Shown here: positions 25,341 through 37,679 of the stretch, in pieces
Layout of the letters: every line of letters begins with the position of its first letter
Position numbering within the stretch: the stretch's first letter is position 1
Assembly: GCF_006345805.1 (NCBI RefSeq)
Contig: NC_043001.1
Span: 115,258,001 to 115,322,000, forward strand
DNA from: Octopus sinensis
Taxonomy: Eukaryota
Direction: 5' to 3'
Length of the DNA stretch: 64,000 bases
Notes under the pieces: model-generated
The model's input: the letters and a program-made list of their open reading frames with translations, nothing else
The model's database searches: none
What the model was told of the DNA's origin: nothing
Made by a program: the position numbers and the translations under genes

Positions 25341-25617
25341 CTCAGTAAAAGTACATTAATGTTAATTTAATTTAGTCAGTATTTTTTATCACACACGCAC
25401 ACATACATATACTTGTATGGTATATAGTTAGATTTATACACGCAAAACCATACATGTATACAGTTTATACATGCATTCATGTAATGAATGAAGTGAGTAA
25501 CATTTCGAACTCGTATATTGCGAGACATGTATGCGTATATATGTGTGTATATATATATATATATGTATATATTTATCTATGCATATGTGTGTGTCTGTAT
25601 GTATCTATGTTCATATC

Positions 25618-25712
<95 letters not shown>

Positions 25713-26984
25713 TATACATACATACATAGCATACATAATGCATATTACAACGTAATGAGGCGAATAATATTTCCATCTACGTTATTCCTTCCCGCCTTTC
25801 CCTTCTCTTTTCCTTATGTCATATTTTTGCAATTTGTCCGCCTCGCTAAATTTTCCGCCTCCTTCCTACTTAAATTTTGTTCCATATATTCCAATATAAT
25901 CTCTATTGCTACCAGCGTCTCTAAAATCACCAACGACACCATCCACATCATCGCCCACATCATCATCATTACCTCACCAACGCTATCATCATCACCATCA
26001 TCAGCCTTACCGTCATCATCGCCATCATCAACGACAACATAACGTATAGCGCTGCTAAAGCATTTTGAACGTGTATTCTGTATATGTTACTATGCATTAA
26101 TCATGGCTTCTGTAACTTACCTTGTTAATCTGAGATTAAGTCATATCTTTAACATTTAAGCCGTGAGTGATACAAATTGAAAAGTAATTATGTGTACGTT
26201 TCGCATATACGTGGTGGCCCAGGCCATATGCATAAACATATGTATATGAATATGAGTATATATATATATATATAATATATATATATATTATATATAGTAT
26301 ATATATACGCACAAACACACAGACACAGATATATATATATATATATATATATAATTATATATATATATATATTATATATATATGAAGTCAATAGGAGAGG
26401 GCTAGAAAGCCAGAAATGTTCAGTATAGAAAACACGCGGTAGTGCTCAAATAATTTGAAATAAAACTTCGACATCTTTATGGTGGATTGGATTCACAGAG
26501 TAAAGACTAGCTATAAGAGAAATTCAGTTGAGCTGATATGGAGATCGTGATGCAGTTAAACATGAATACATACATATACTCATATTGATACACATCGACA
26601 TATATAGGGATACATATAACTAAATATATTCAGATGAACACATATGTACAAACATTTTGTACCAGTGCTTTCTCCTGATGAAGAAAGCTTGTCTTATGAT
26701 AATATCTCTATGCGATCATTTACTAGCTACATACCCATGACGTTGTGCACACTACATCTGCTAGTTATGAACATTACGAGTGTTACGTAATTCCAAGCTT
26801 CCAGAAACAGCTGTCGAGTTTAAAAATCTATGCCTTCTCTCCATTGTATTCTGTGTTTTTATGCTCTATTTCTCTCTCTATATAAATATTTATATGCTTG
26901 TACATATGTCTTTATTTCTCAGTGTATTCAGTTATAAGTATCTATCTAAATATATGAGTGCGTGTGTTTGTGAATGCGTATCTC

Positions 26985-27018
<34 letters not shown>

Positions 27019-28802
27019 AGTGTGTGTGTGTGTGTGTGTATGTATTTATGTATGTCATCGCACTCATACACTTGTCACCTTGCCTCTCACACTCACCCAT
27101 ACAGATACGCACACATACATCCGTACATACACATTCACACATATTCATACGTAGACACACAAACACATACATACATACACACAGCAATACCAACGCCCTA
27201 ACGCACTTGTCAGCTCGCCTCTCATACCCCCCCACACACACACGCATACGTGCACATGCAAGCATGCATGCGCACGAATATACACATGCATATTCATAGA
27301 CATGCACTATCACACTCTCGTACGTACACACACAAACACACAAACACATACAGATGTAGATATTAGATTGAGTATTGGATTAAGTTGTCCTCACAGGTAC
27401 TTCCAAGCGATATTTGAACTCAGAGACCAGAGAACAAATATTGCATGGCATTTTGTCCGACGCTCTAACGACTCTCCCAATTCGCCGCCTTGATTATGAG
27501 CTGTTAACAAAAGGAATTTGATAAAATCGTGAGTCAAAACAAGTTGCGAGTTCTATCACTATGTGGTTCTTGTTCATATGGTTGTTGTCTGTTTTTTGGG
27601 GGGTTTTTTTGCTGTTGATTTTTTCTGTTGTTATTGTCGTCGTCGGCATCGTCGTCGTTGTTGTTGTTGTTGTTGTTGTTGGGCAACAAGACGGGTAAAG
27701 GTGATTAGGTGATGGTCTAGGCTTAGGGGGCGGGAGACCCCAGACCTTGGAAAAAAAAAACTTTGGCCGTCTTGTTGTAGTCGAGGGATCTTCGTTGACG
27801 CCCGACACCACTGGGAGGTGGCCCTCGAAGTAGCTGGAAATGGAGATCTCCAGGTCCAAATTCTTGAACGGCTGTTGTTGCTGCTGCTATTGCTGTTTAG
27901 CCCTGAGTAGATGTAATCAAATATAATTCCAGCCATGAACATTTTTATTGAAATATAACAATGACTTCATTGTCCCAATGTGGCCATTCCTTTCTAATTT
28001 CCATAGGATGTTACTAGAGGAAGAATTGTCTGTTATTTGTAGCAGATCAAGCAATGCAGTAACTTTCTCGTTGGTCCGAGAAAATGAATTTTGTTTTACC
28101 GGACTTTAGAGATTTAGAATTCAGAGAAATTCAAATCTTAAATAATTTTGTGTTACAAAAGACAAGCTGATCTCCGTCTGTTTGTCCGTCACAGCATATA
28201 TGTAGAAGGAGGGAAAAGAGGGAGGAATCAAAAAGGAAGATAACCCCTCTCACAATATATACGTAGAAGAAGGAAGAAGAAAAGGAGAAAAGTTGCTGTT
28301 TTTGAGAAAGAAATGCAGTGAGAGAGTGTATGTGAAAGATAGGTAGACAGGGGATGCAGTCACCATAGTAACTAACAAGTTTTGATTAAAAATGCAGCAA
28401 GTTTAAGTGCAAGTTCCTTAACACAACAACCTGTCCTTATAGTGAAAGTCTTTTTTTAAGTCTGTGTTGCGTTGTCTATATGTTGAAAACATATAGAAAC
28501 ATACACATACATACACACACATAAACACACAGTGAAAGAGTGAGAAAGAGAGAGAAAGAGAGGGAGAGAAATACACGCACACAGAGAAATATACTCATAC
28601 GCACACAAACAACAAAAAAATGACATGTAATAACAGAGATGTGAGTTCGAGTCTTAAGGATGGCCGCTCAAAATTTTTCCGCAATATAAGGATGTTCTAT
28701 CCTATTTATGCTATTCAGCATTATTCTTCTTTTTCTTTTTTCTTTTGCTGTAGTTTCAGCTCATAGCTGCGGCCATGCTGATGCGCCACTGTTAAAAAGT
28801 GT

Positions 28803-28882
28803 TGGCGGCCGGCTATGAGACACGAACTCACATCTCCGTGATTACGCGTCGCGGTGCTCTGAACCATTAAGCTAAACCGGCC
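28803..28882 (-). tRNA. tRNA-Thr(CGT)-like pseudogene or SINE head
   Basis: Cloverleaf GGCCGGT/GCCGGCC, D-arm GCTT/GAGC, anticodon loop CG-CGT-AA, T-arm GTGAG-TTCGTGT-CTCAT, then G-CCA and TTTTT. Defects: U33 to G, A58 to T, a C/A mismatch and one extra base. Confidence 0.6.
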
Positions 28883-29479
28883 ACGTTATGATTATGCATT
28901 TGAGAATAAAATATTTCCATATCTGTATATTTCAATGCATCTCAACGGTTCTAAAAAAGCAAACTTTGTTTACATATATCGCAATTTCACATATAACGTC
29001 TATAAAAGCTAAATTTATAAGTTCAAAAATTGCCGCAGAAACTGTCACTGAGCAGTTTAGCCTAAAGTTAAAGAACTCTCACCCGTAGTACCAAAGTTGT
29101 GAGTTCGAGTCTCATGACTAGCCGATAACAAATTTTTTTTTCTGCATTATAAGGAGGTTCTATGCTATTCACCATTATTATTATTATGCGTTTGAGAATA
29201 AGATATTTTCATATCTGAGTGTGTGTATATTATATATATATATATAATACATATAGCTATGTTTTAGTTGTTTCTGCATGTGTATTTCAGTGTGTGTGAA
29301 AGATAGATAGAGTGTTGTCAAAGTATTTTAAATGTTATTGTTCAACAATATTCAAACTGTCATCAATCTAAACATTATTTGAACAATTTATGAAGGTACA
29401 TTCATGATTAACAAATATTATGCACCGGCAGCGTAGCGCCAGGTAGAACCTAATATTTGTAATATTTGTTTGTGACATA

Positions 29480-29670
29480 TGCAGAAAACTTGAAATTTTG
29501 GAAGAGAGTATCCGCTAACACCATCGACTCCAGTACTTGTCGCGTACTTTATTTCATCAACCCTGGAGGGATGAAAGGCAAGATTGATCTTGGCAAGATT
29601 TGAACCCAGGGGGCAAAATTCCAAGAAACATCGTGAAGCATTTATTCCAGCGCTTCTAACAATTCTACTC
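29480..29670 (-). mobile_element. SINE family B (old subfamily), diverged
   Basis: GATGAAAGGCAAGATTGATCTTGGCAAGATTTGAACCC matches the reverse complement of the B body. Confidence 0.7.
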
Positions 29671-30284
29671 AGAAGGTCAGCAATTTGGACTAGTTGGATT
29701 ACTCAACTACATTAAACCAAGTACTTGACTCTTACTTTAATTTATCGATTCTGAAAGGTTGATAGGCAAGGACGACCTCGGTGGGACGGCTTAGGTGGTG
29801 GATGGCAATATCGGCAGGACAAAATAAATTGTGGTATGTAGTTATGTCTCTTTACGTCCTGAGTTCAAATCGAACAGAAGTCGACTTTACCTTTCTCGTT
29901 GCGCGTCAGTAAAATAAGGTTCAAAATCTTAGTATCGACATCCGAAAGATAAAAGCCAAAGACGACACCACAATGACATGAATCAATGCTTTATATTTTG
30001 GTTTTACTATGAGAGAACCGCAGACTTAACAAATTCAGTAAATTTTCTCTATAATAATTCTGTTCGTTCAGTATTATGATATAATTTGGTCGTATTTTTC
30101 CTAATCTAATAATATACACTCAGAGAAACAAATATATGGTAGGCTCAAGTGTTTTATTTTAATTTTAGTAGTAGATTCAATATGATAAATCACTTGGTTA
30201 CAACATACATCACATGCTACTAAATGAAATTCTTATAACATGATCGAATGCGTGTAGTGAACTAAGTTCATGCTAATACTGATT

Positions 30285-31455
30285 TGAAAGTTTGGTACAA
30301 AGCCATCAGGTTCGGGAGAGAGGGTAAGTCGGTTACATCGACGCAAGTGCTCAACTGGTACATATTTTACCGCCCCCGAAAGTCTGAAAGGCAAAGTCCA
30401 CCACGGTGGAATTTGAACTCAGAACATGAAGACAGAAGAAATACCTATTTCTTTATTACCCACAAGGGGCTAAACACAGAGGGGACAAACAAGGACAGAC
30501 AAACTGATTAAGTCGATTACATCGACCCCAGTGCGTAACTGGTACTTAATTTATCGACCCCGAAAGGGTGAAAGGCAAAGTCGACCTCGGCGGAATTTGA
30601 ACTCACAACGTAACGCAGACGAAATACCGCTAAGCATTTCGCCCGGCGTACTAAGGACACTGCCAGCTCGTGCACTTAGTCTTTGGTAATATTGCTTTCA
30701 AATTTTGGCACAAGGACAGCAAGTTCGGAGAAGTGGGTAAGTTGATTATATCGACACCAGTATTTAACTGATGCTTATTCTATCAACCCCCAAAATGAAT
30801 GAAAAGCAAAGTTGACACCGGCTGAATTTCAACTGAGAACGTAAAGACAGGCGAAATACCTATTTCGTTACTACCCATAAGGGGCTAAATATAGAGAGGA
30901 CAAACAAGGACAGACAAACGGATTAAGTCGATTATATCGACACCAGTGCGTAACTGGTACTTGTTTAATCGAACCCGAAAAGATGAGAGGCAAAGTCGAC
31001 CTCGGCGGAATTTGAACTCAGAACGTAGCGGCAGACGAAATACCTATTTCTTTACTACCCACAAGGGGCTAAACATAGAGTGGACAAACAAGGACAGACA
31101 AACGGATTAAGTCGATTATATCGACCCCATTGCGTAACTGGTACTTATTTAATCGACCCCGAAAGGATGAAAGTCGACCTCGGCGAATTTGAACTCAGTA
31201 TGTAGCGGCAGACGAAATACCTATTTCTTTACTACCCACACTGGGCTAAACACAGAGGGGACTAACAAGGACAGACACTCGGATTAAGTCGATTATATCG
31301 ACCCCAGTGCGTAACTGGTACTTATTTCATCGACCCTGAAAGGATGAAAGACAAAGTGGACCTGGGCGGAATTTGAACTCAGAACGTAGCGATGGGCGAA
31401 ATACCGCGAAGCACTTCGCCCAGCGTGCTAACGTGCCTGCCAGCTCGCCGCCTTA
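30285..31455 (-). mobile_element. Nested tandem array of family B SINEs (4 young bodies, 2 old bodies, 2 heads)
   Basis: Junctions GAAATACC|TATTTC at 30445, 30860, 31044 and 31221. Periods 184, 177 and 184 bp. Confidence 0.92.
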
Positions 31456-31682
31456 GTTCTCGCTAATATTGATTGCTAACCTTTTCACTGGTCATTAAAA
31501 TTCATGGTCATTCTTAGGTACAGATTTCAGAGCCACTTCTAAAAGTATTTTATTCTTGCTCTGTAAAGAAATACGTGAAATAAATAAGAAAAACTAAATT
31601 GGTACTGATAAAACACATATATAATCCTTTCTACTATCGGACAAGGTCTGAAATTTTGGGGTGAGGCTAGTCTATTACATTG

Positions 31683-31759
<77 letters not shown>

Positions 31760-31873
31760 TGTATGTGTATATATAAATATATATATATAGAGAGAGAGAG
31801 AGAATGAGAGAAAAGAGAGAGAAGGTGTAGAAATAGATATGGATAAATATATATGTGTTCATATATACATGTA

Positions 31874-32675
31874 GAGCACTGCCTCGATATACGAGTTAAC
31901 TTGTTCTCGTAAAGCAGAGCAACAATTTTTCATAGTAGCAACGTTGTAAATCGTAATTCGTTCCCAGAAGAGTATTTTACCAGTAAAAATGTATTATACT
32001 CGTAAATAAATGACAATAAAGCAACAGTAGAATGTAAAGAATTTTTTGTTTTAACTAACTTTTTATATTTCCTGTTTTCCCTGTTATAATTGAAGACAGC
32101 ACAGCCAGGGGGCCTGTGAAGTCTTGTATAAAAATAAATGGAGAACAGGACTTTTTTCACCTTAAAAAGAGAATCGAGAGAAAGAAGAAAGACTACACAC
32201 TACTACACTCCCCAATCACTCATAGAATTATGACACAGTTATAGTATGCTCTTGTGGTTCCATCATGGTAGAACACGTAAAGGATATTTTGTGTAAAGTA
32301 AAAAGAATGTCAAAATCATTTATAATTAAAAAATATTATTATTATTATATTATTATTATATTATTATTATTATTATCGTTTTCTGAATCACTTTCATTCG
32401 CACTAAGCTCGCGCACACACTTGTAAATGCGATCGCCGATTCACAAGCACTCGTAGACGGACTTGTAGATTTCTTTTTAAAAAGCAAATCAAGAGTTGCT
32501 GTTTAGAAGAAGTTATTTTTCGCTCTCTATAAATTTCGCAGTAACACACAGAAGCATTCGTTATGGTGATAGAAACTTTTGCCCTTCGTTCAAAATTTGG
32601 ATCTTGTGCTTGAAAAATAAAACACATAAACCCGAGGTGTCGTAAAGCGGGTCCTCGTAAAGTGAGGTATTATTG
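31874..32675. mobile_element. pogo/Tigger-like MITE, copy 2
   Basis: 32630-32675 is the reverse complement of 3219-3270, and internal 32380-32580 is homologous to 3330-3485. TA flanks. Confidence 0.65.
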
Positions 32676-32694
32676 TATACGTGTGTGTATACAA

Positions 32695-32872
32695 GTTCGA
32701 GGGAGGGAGTAAGTCAATTGTATCGACCCGAGTGCTCAACTGGTACTTATTTCATCGACTCCGAAAGTATGAAAGGAAAAGTCGAATTCGGCGGAATTTG
32801 AACTCAGAACGTGAAGACGGACGAAATGCCGCCAAGCATTTTGCCCGGTTGGCTAACGATTCTGCCAGCTCA
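32695..32872 (-). mobile_element. SINE family B (old)
   Basis: GTCAATTGTATCGACCCG...GGAATTTGAACTCAGAACG...GATTCTGCCAGCTC. Confidence 0.85.
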
Positions 32873-32974
32873 CTGATTTATACAATATATAAATTGCACT
32901 GTTCTGTTATTTGTAGGGTCAACGAGAAACATTCCAGCCAATGAGAGATACGTATTTGATATTTTATGCTTTGA

Positions 32975-33165
32975 GACGGTGAGCTCGCAGAAATGTTAAC
33001 ACACCGGATAAAATGCTTAATAATATTTTGTCTGTCTTTGCGTTCTGAGTTCAAATTCCGCCGAGGTCAACTTTGCCTTTCATCCTTTCGGAGTCGATAA
33101 AATAAGTACCAGTTGCGTACTGGAGTCGATCTAATAGATTGGCCCCCTCCCCAAAAATTGTGTCT
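32975..33165 (+). mobile_element. SINE family B (old)
   Basis: GGTGAGCTCGCAGAAATGTTAAC...GTTCTGAGTTCAAATTCCGCCGAGG...CCCCAAAAATTG. Confidence 0.85.
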
Positions 33166-33631
33166 AGAGTAGAAAAGAATATTTTATGTCTCGAAAGCGG
33201 CGAGTTGACGGAGTCGTAAGTGCACCGGCAAAATGCTTAGCAGTATTTCGTCCACCTTCTCGGTCAAATTCCGCCGAGGTTAACTTTGCTTTCAAACGAT
33301 TTATCTCTCCGCCAAAATTGCTGGCCATATTGCCAAAATTTGAAATCAATATTTCATGCCTCTGATAATATGTACAATAGTCGGAATATCTTGTATAGTG
33401 CACCGACCGTTTTTTCCAGGTAATCATTGCCTCGGAACTCACGGCACGCTATACAAATTTAATCGACTATTTTATGTTCATAAGCATCAAACTAATAGTA
33501 ACTCGTATTTAAATAGTGTATATCTTAAATTATATAGACATATATACAACGGTGGTGCCCCAGCATGACCACGGACTTTGAAACTGCAACAATTTAAAGA
33601 TTTAAAGAATATATGTGTGTGGTGTTGTATG

Positions 33632-33673
<42 letters not shown>

Positions 33674-33688
33674 CTATATATAATATAT

Positions 33689-33730
<42 letters not shown>

Positions 33731-33772
33731 TAATATATTATATATATATATATATATATATAATATATTGAA

Positions 33773-34050
33773 ATATAAAATAAGGACAAGAGAACATTTC
33801 TAATGTCAAATATGCCGAAAAAAATACAAAATTGTCAATAACCATTATAATTTATGCGGCTCGAAACATGCCGACATATTAATCGCTGACGAGGGGAAAA
33901 TTCTTATTGGGACCAATACGGTTATAACGGAATTTTTTAGAAATTTCTATCGGCATGTTTCGAGATGCATAAATTATAATGGTTACTGGCAATTTTGTCT
34001 TTTTTTCGGCATATTTGACATTAGAATTTTTCTCTTGCCCTTATTTTATA
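33773..34050. repeat. Fold-back inverted repeat (~100-bp arms, ~75-bp spacer) with a partial hammerhead in the spacer
   Basis: 33773-33874 pairs with 33950-34050. Spacer has CTGACGA-GGGG-AAAATTC...GAATTTT-TTA-GAAA. Adjacent to (TA)n. Confidence 0.85.
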
Positions 34051-34128
34051 AGTTATTTAAAGGTATTTTTTGATATGCTGGCCATTGATAAATTTTTTTC
34101 TTTCGAAAAATATCTTATCCTACATTAG

Positions 34129-34162
<34 letters not shown>

Positions 34163-34168
<6 letters not shown>

Positions 34169-34320
34169 AAATCCGTTCTGTCTGTGTGTGTGTCTTCTAG
34201 GATCTCGGGCATCCTCCATCCGATTGCGCTCAAATTTGATATGTAGATACCAACGGTATCAGGGCGTGTATGAGTCTTGAAAAAATTACAAAAATCGATT
34301 CCTGGTAAGAAAACATAACT
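34163..34320. mobile_element. Helitron-like non-autonomous element end
   Basis: TATATAAAATCCGTTCTGTCTGTGTG...CCATCCGATTGCGCTCAAATTTGATATG mirrors the organisation of the 3' part of 59227-59525 in reverse. Confidence 0.5.
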
Positions 34321-34705
34321 GCACCTTCTAATTTTTATTGTTTTTGTACTGCTTAAAGGCACGTTTCTTTCCTGCCAAGTTTACTGTTTAAACATTGTTT
34401 GTGTTCTCCCAGTAATGAAAAAATTATCATTATCATTATCATTAGCCTTATCATTACTGGTACTTTAAACTCTTCGGTTGCATATTTGTGTGAATAAAAT
34501 CGTTTTTCTTTGGAATAGCAAAAAAGTCTATATATATTTCTTCTTTTGCTGATGTCTCAAATTTAGGTTAAATCAGTGTTTCTCAAAGGGGAGGCCTATG
34601 GGACTGTCGGACAAGTTGTTTTGAGAAAATTTGGTCTAAATTTTGACAACTCAGCACTGTCCATTGACGGGGTGCATTTTGCTCGTATATATATATATGT
34701 ATATA

Positions 34706-34769
<64 letters not shown>

Positions 34770-34773
<4 letters not shown>

Positions 34774-34936
34774 CGCAGGAGTGGCTGTGTGGTAAGTAGC
34801 TTGTTTACCAACCACATGGTTCCGGGTTCAGTCCCACTGCGTGGCATCTTGGGCAAGTGTTTTCTGCTATAGCCCCGGGCCGACCAATGCCTTGTGAGTG
34901 GATTTGGTGGACGGAAACTGAAAGAAGCCTGTCGTA

Positions 34937-34977
<41 letters not shown>

Positions 34978-35195
34978 GTGTGTATATGTTTGTGTGTCTG
35001 TGTTTGTCCCCCTAGCATTGCTTGACAACCGATGCTGTGTTTATGTCCCCGTCACTTAGCGGTTCGGCAAAAGAAACCGATAGAATAAGTACTGGGCTTA
35101 CAAAAGAATAAGTTCCAGGGTCGATTTGCTCGACTAAAGGCGGTGCTCCAGTATGTCTGCAGTCAAATGACTGAAACAAGTAAAAGAGTAAAAGA

Positions 35196-35196
<1 letters not shown>
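34770..35196 (+). mobile_element. SINE family A, full length, well preserved
   Basis: AGGCGCAGGAGTGGCTGTGTGGTAAG...TAAAAGAGTAAAAGAG between (TA)n tracts. Confidence 0.93.
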
Positions 35197-35235
<39 letters not shown>

Positions 35236-36054
35236 ATGATTTAGGATATACAGTATTTAAATACGAGTTACTATATATATATAGATGCACGTTGTTTGAC
35301 TTCGAACGGATGAGAAATAAATGCACAAGGCTTGATGTAGAGGATATGGTCACTTTCATCGTCAAAAATGCATTGAACTTTTTTGGCTCATTTTAAAACC
35401 TGTTAACCAACGATGCTCTTCATTAAAAACAGAATTTAAATTTTAAAAGAAAATCATATAAAATCTGCCGTCATCTTTGGTTTCGCTTGATTGCCTATAC
35501 CTCTGACTATTACTCTCGTATTGAGTCATCCTATATACAGTTACGTATTCAACAGTAACTATGCTTCTAGCAGCGTGTGTTTGCCTCTTTTCCCGCCTTC
35601 TCTCTTCTAAGCATCAACCTTTACAATATAATATCATGTGTGTGTAAGATATATATGTATGTATATATATGTGCATATGTATCTTTGTACACACATATAT
35701 GTGTATGTATGTGTATATTAATATATATAACATATATATATATGTATATATATGTATGTATATATATATACATACATATATATATATTTATATATATATA
35801 TATAATATATAATATATATATATATATAAATACACGTGTTTTCTATGATATCTATGTATGTATATTGTATAACTTTGTATATGTGTGTGTACATATATAT
35901 ATTTACATATTGTTGTCATGACAATATTAACTTTCTAGAGAATGTAAACGTTTCAGGGAATATTTATGTTATATATATATATAGTTTAATACGTGTGCTT
36001 CCAAAAACGTATTAGCTCATATTTAAGTATTTTATGTAAATACATACATACATA

Positions 36055-36085
<31 letters not shown>

Positions 36086-37061
36086 CGCCAACATATACAT
36101 ATCAAAATATATACGAGCATAGAAACACACGCACAAGCATATATAGAGCTAGCTAGCAGGATAGATAGAGAGAGAGAAAGAGAGAGAGAAAAAGAGAGAG
36201 AGAGTGTGTGTGATGGATAGAGAGGTTGAATGTCATACTTTGTCGACAATAGGCTAAGTACTCAATACATCATATAAAGTATATTGTTTGCTTAAAATGA
36301 ATTCCTTATCCTCGAGACACGAGTTTCTCTGCCACTGCATTCTTTGCGCAAGACTTCACGCGAAGATCGCAGTCGCGTGAAACTCGAATAGCGAGGAAAT
36401 GTATTCAGTGCGTGTATGTGCATATGTATATATATATATGTTTGTCTATCTGTGTGTGCGTGCGTGTTTGAATGTGTGTGCGTGTGTGTGTGTGTGTGTG
36501 TGTGCGTGTTTGTGTGTGTGTGTGTGTGTGTGTAGGTGTGGTGTGTGTGTGTCCATCTCTCTCGATTCTGTAGTTCATTTTAACGATATACACGCAGCCA
36601 TATCCACAAACTTTTTGTTCACGCGCGCGCGCGCGCCGAATCCATTAATTCCTTACGTTTCAGTTGTTAAATTGATATTAATTATGGCTTATACTTATCA
36701 AATAGAGTGGATCTGTAACCTCTTAAAGAATGGATATTGCTTGAGGCAAGTATGGCTACGTAACATAAGTAGTCTCTCAAGAGACGGGGAGAAAAAGAAA
36801 GATAATAAACGGGAGAGCATTAGAGCATATATATATTTCTGTGTGGGTGTATGTATACGTATATGTGTGCGTGTGTGCGAGTGTGCGTGTACATGTATGT
36901 GTATACGCATGTATGTACTTGCGATTCGTTAAATATTTCTATTTGCGTAGGATGAGCGAGAACTTATATACGAAACGAAAGCTGTCTTCGTGGTTAAGGG
37001 AGTTAACGTTGATATTATCGTGCGCTCAGTTCGAGACCTGTTTGGAAATGCACACACAACA

Positions 37062-37238
37062 CACACACACACATACATACATACATACATACATACATAC
37101 ATACAAACATATACAAACGTACATACATACAAACATATACATACATACATGCATACATACATACATACATACATAAATACATACAAACATATACATACAT
37201 ACATATATACATACATACATACATACATACATACATAC
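37062..37238. repeat. (CA)n/(CATA)n microsatellite
   Basis: Direct reading. Confidence 0.95.
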
Positions 37239-37588
37239 CAATCTTGAGAAATTAGGCTTCTCAAAACCAGAAAGGAGAAAGCTGATTCGAAGACTACAGA
37301 TTCAAGTCATCACTAGAACTGTAAAATTCTGTAAATCTTTCCAGAAGCTTTATTATACGTCTTATCATATGAAAGTATATGAAATTATATATATATATAT
37401 ATATGAGAATGCATACATAGACAAATCAGACAAATTGACACACGCACTGACTACAAATACTGCACATATACACATGCATGCATCAAACACTTTCGGAGTT
37501 GCTGAAATTCTAAAGAAGGGGTTTTGGATCTAGATTAGAAGCTGGCTCTTTCTCTATTGACAGGAAATCTTGAAACAAAACTAAATAA

Positions 37589-37619
<31 letters not shown>

Positions 37620-37648
37620 CATACAACATACATGCATGCATGCATGCA

Positions 37649-37679
<31 letters not shown>

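Noticed and set aside
24921-25370. ~150-codon plus-strand frame with only one stop
   Set aside because: It is the antisense shadow of the minus-strand CR1 endonuclease fragment.
30446-31405. Regular repeats with palindromes (GTCGAT-TAT-ATCGAC), superficially CRISPR-like or satellite-like
   Set aside because: The units are whole SINE bodies with no unique spacers. The context is eukaryotic and no cas genes are present.
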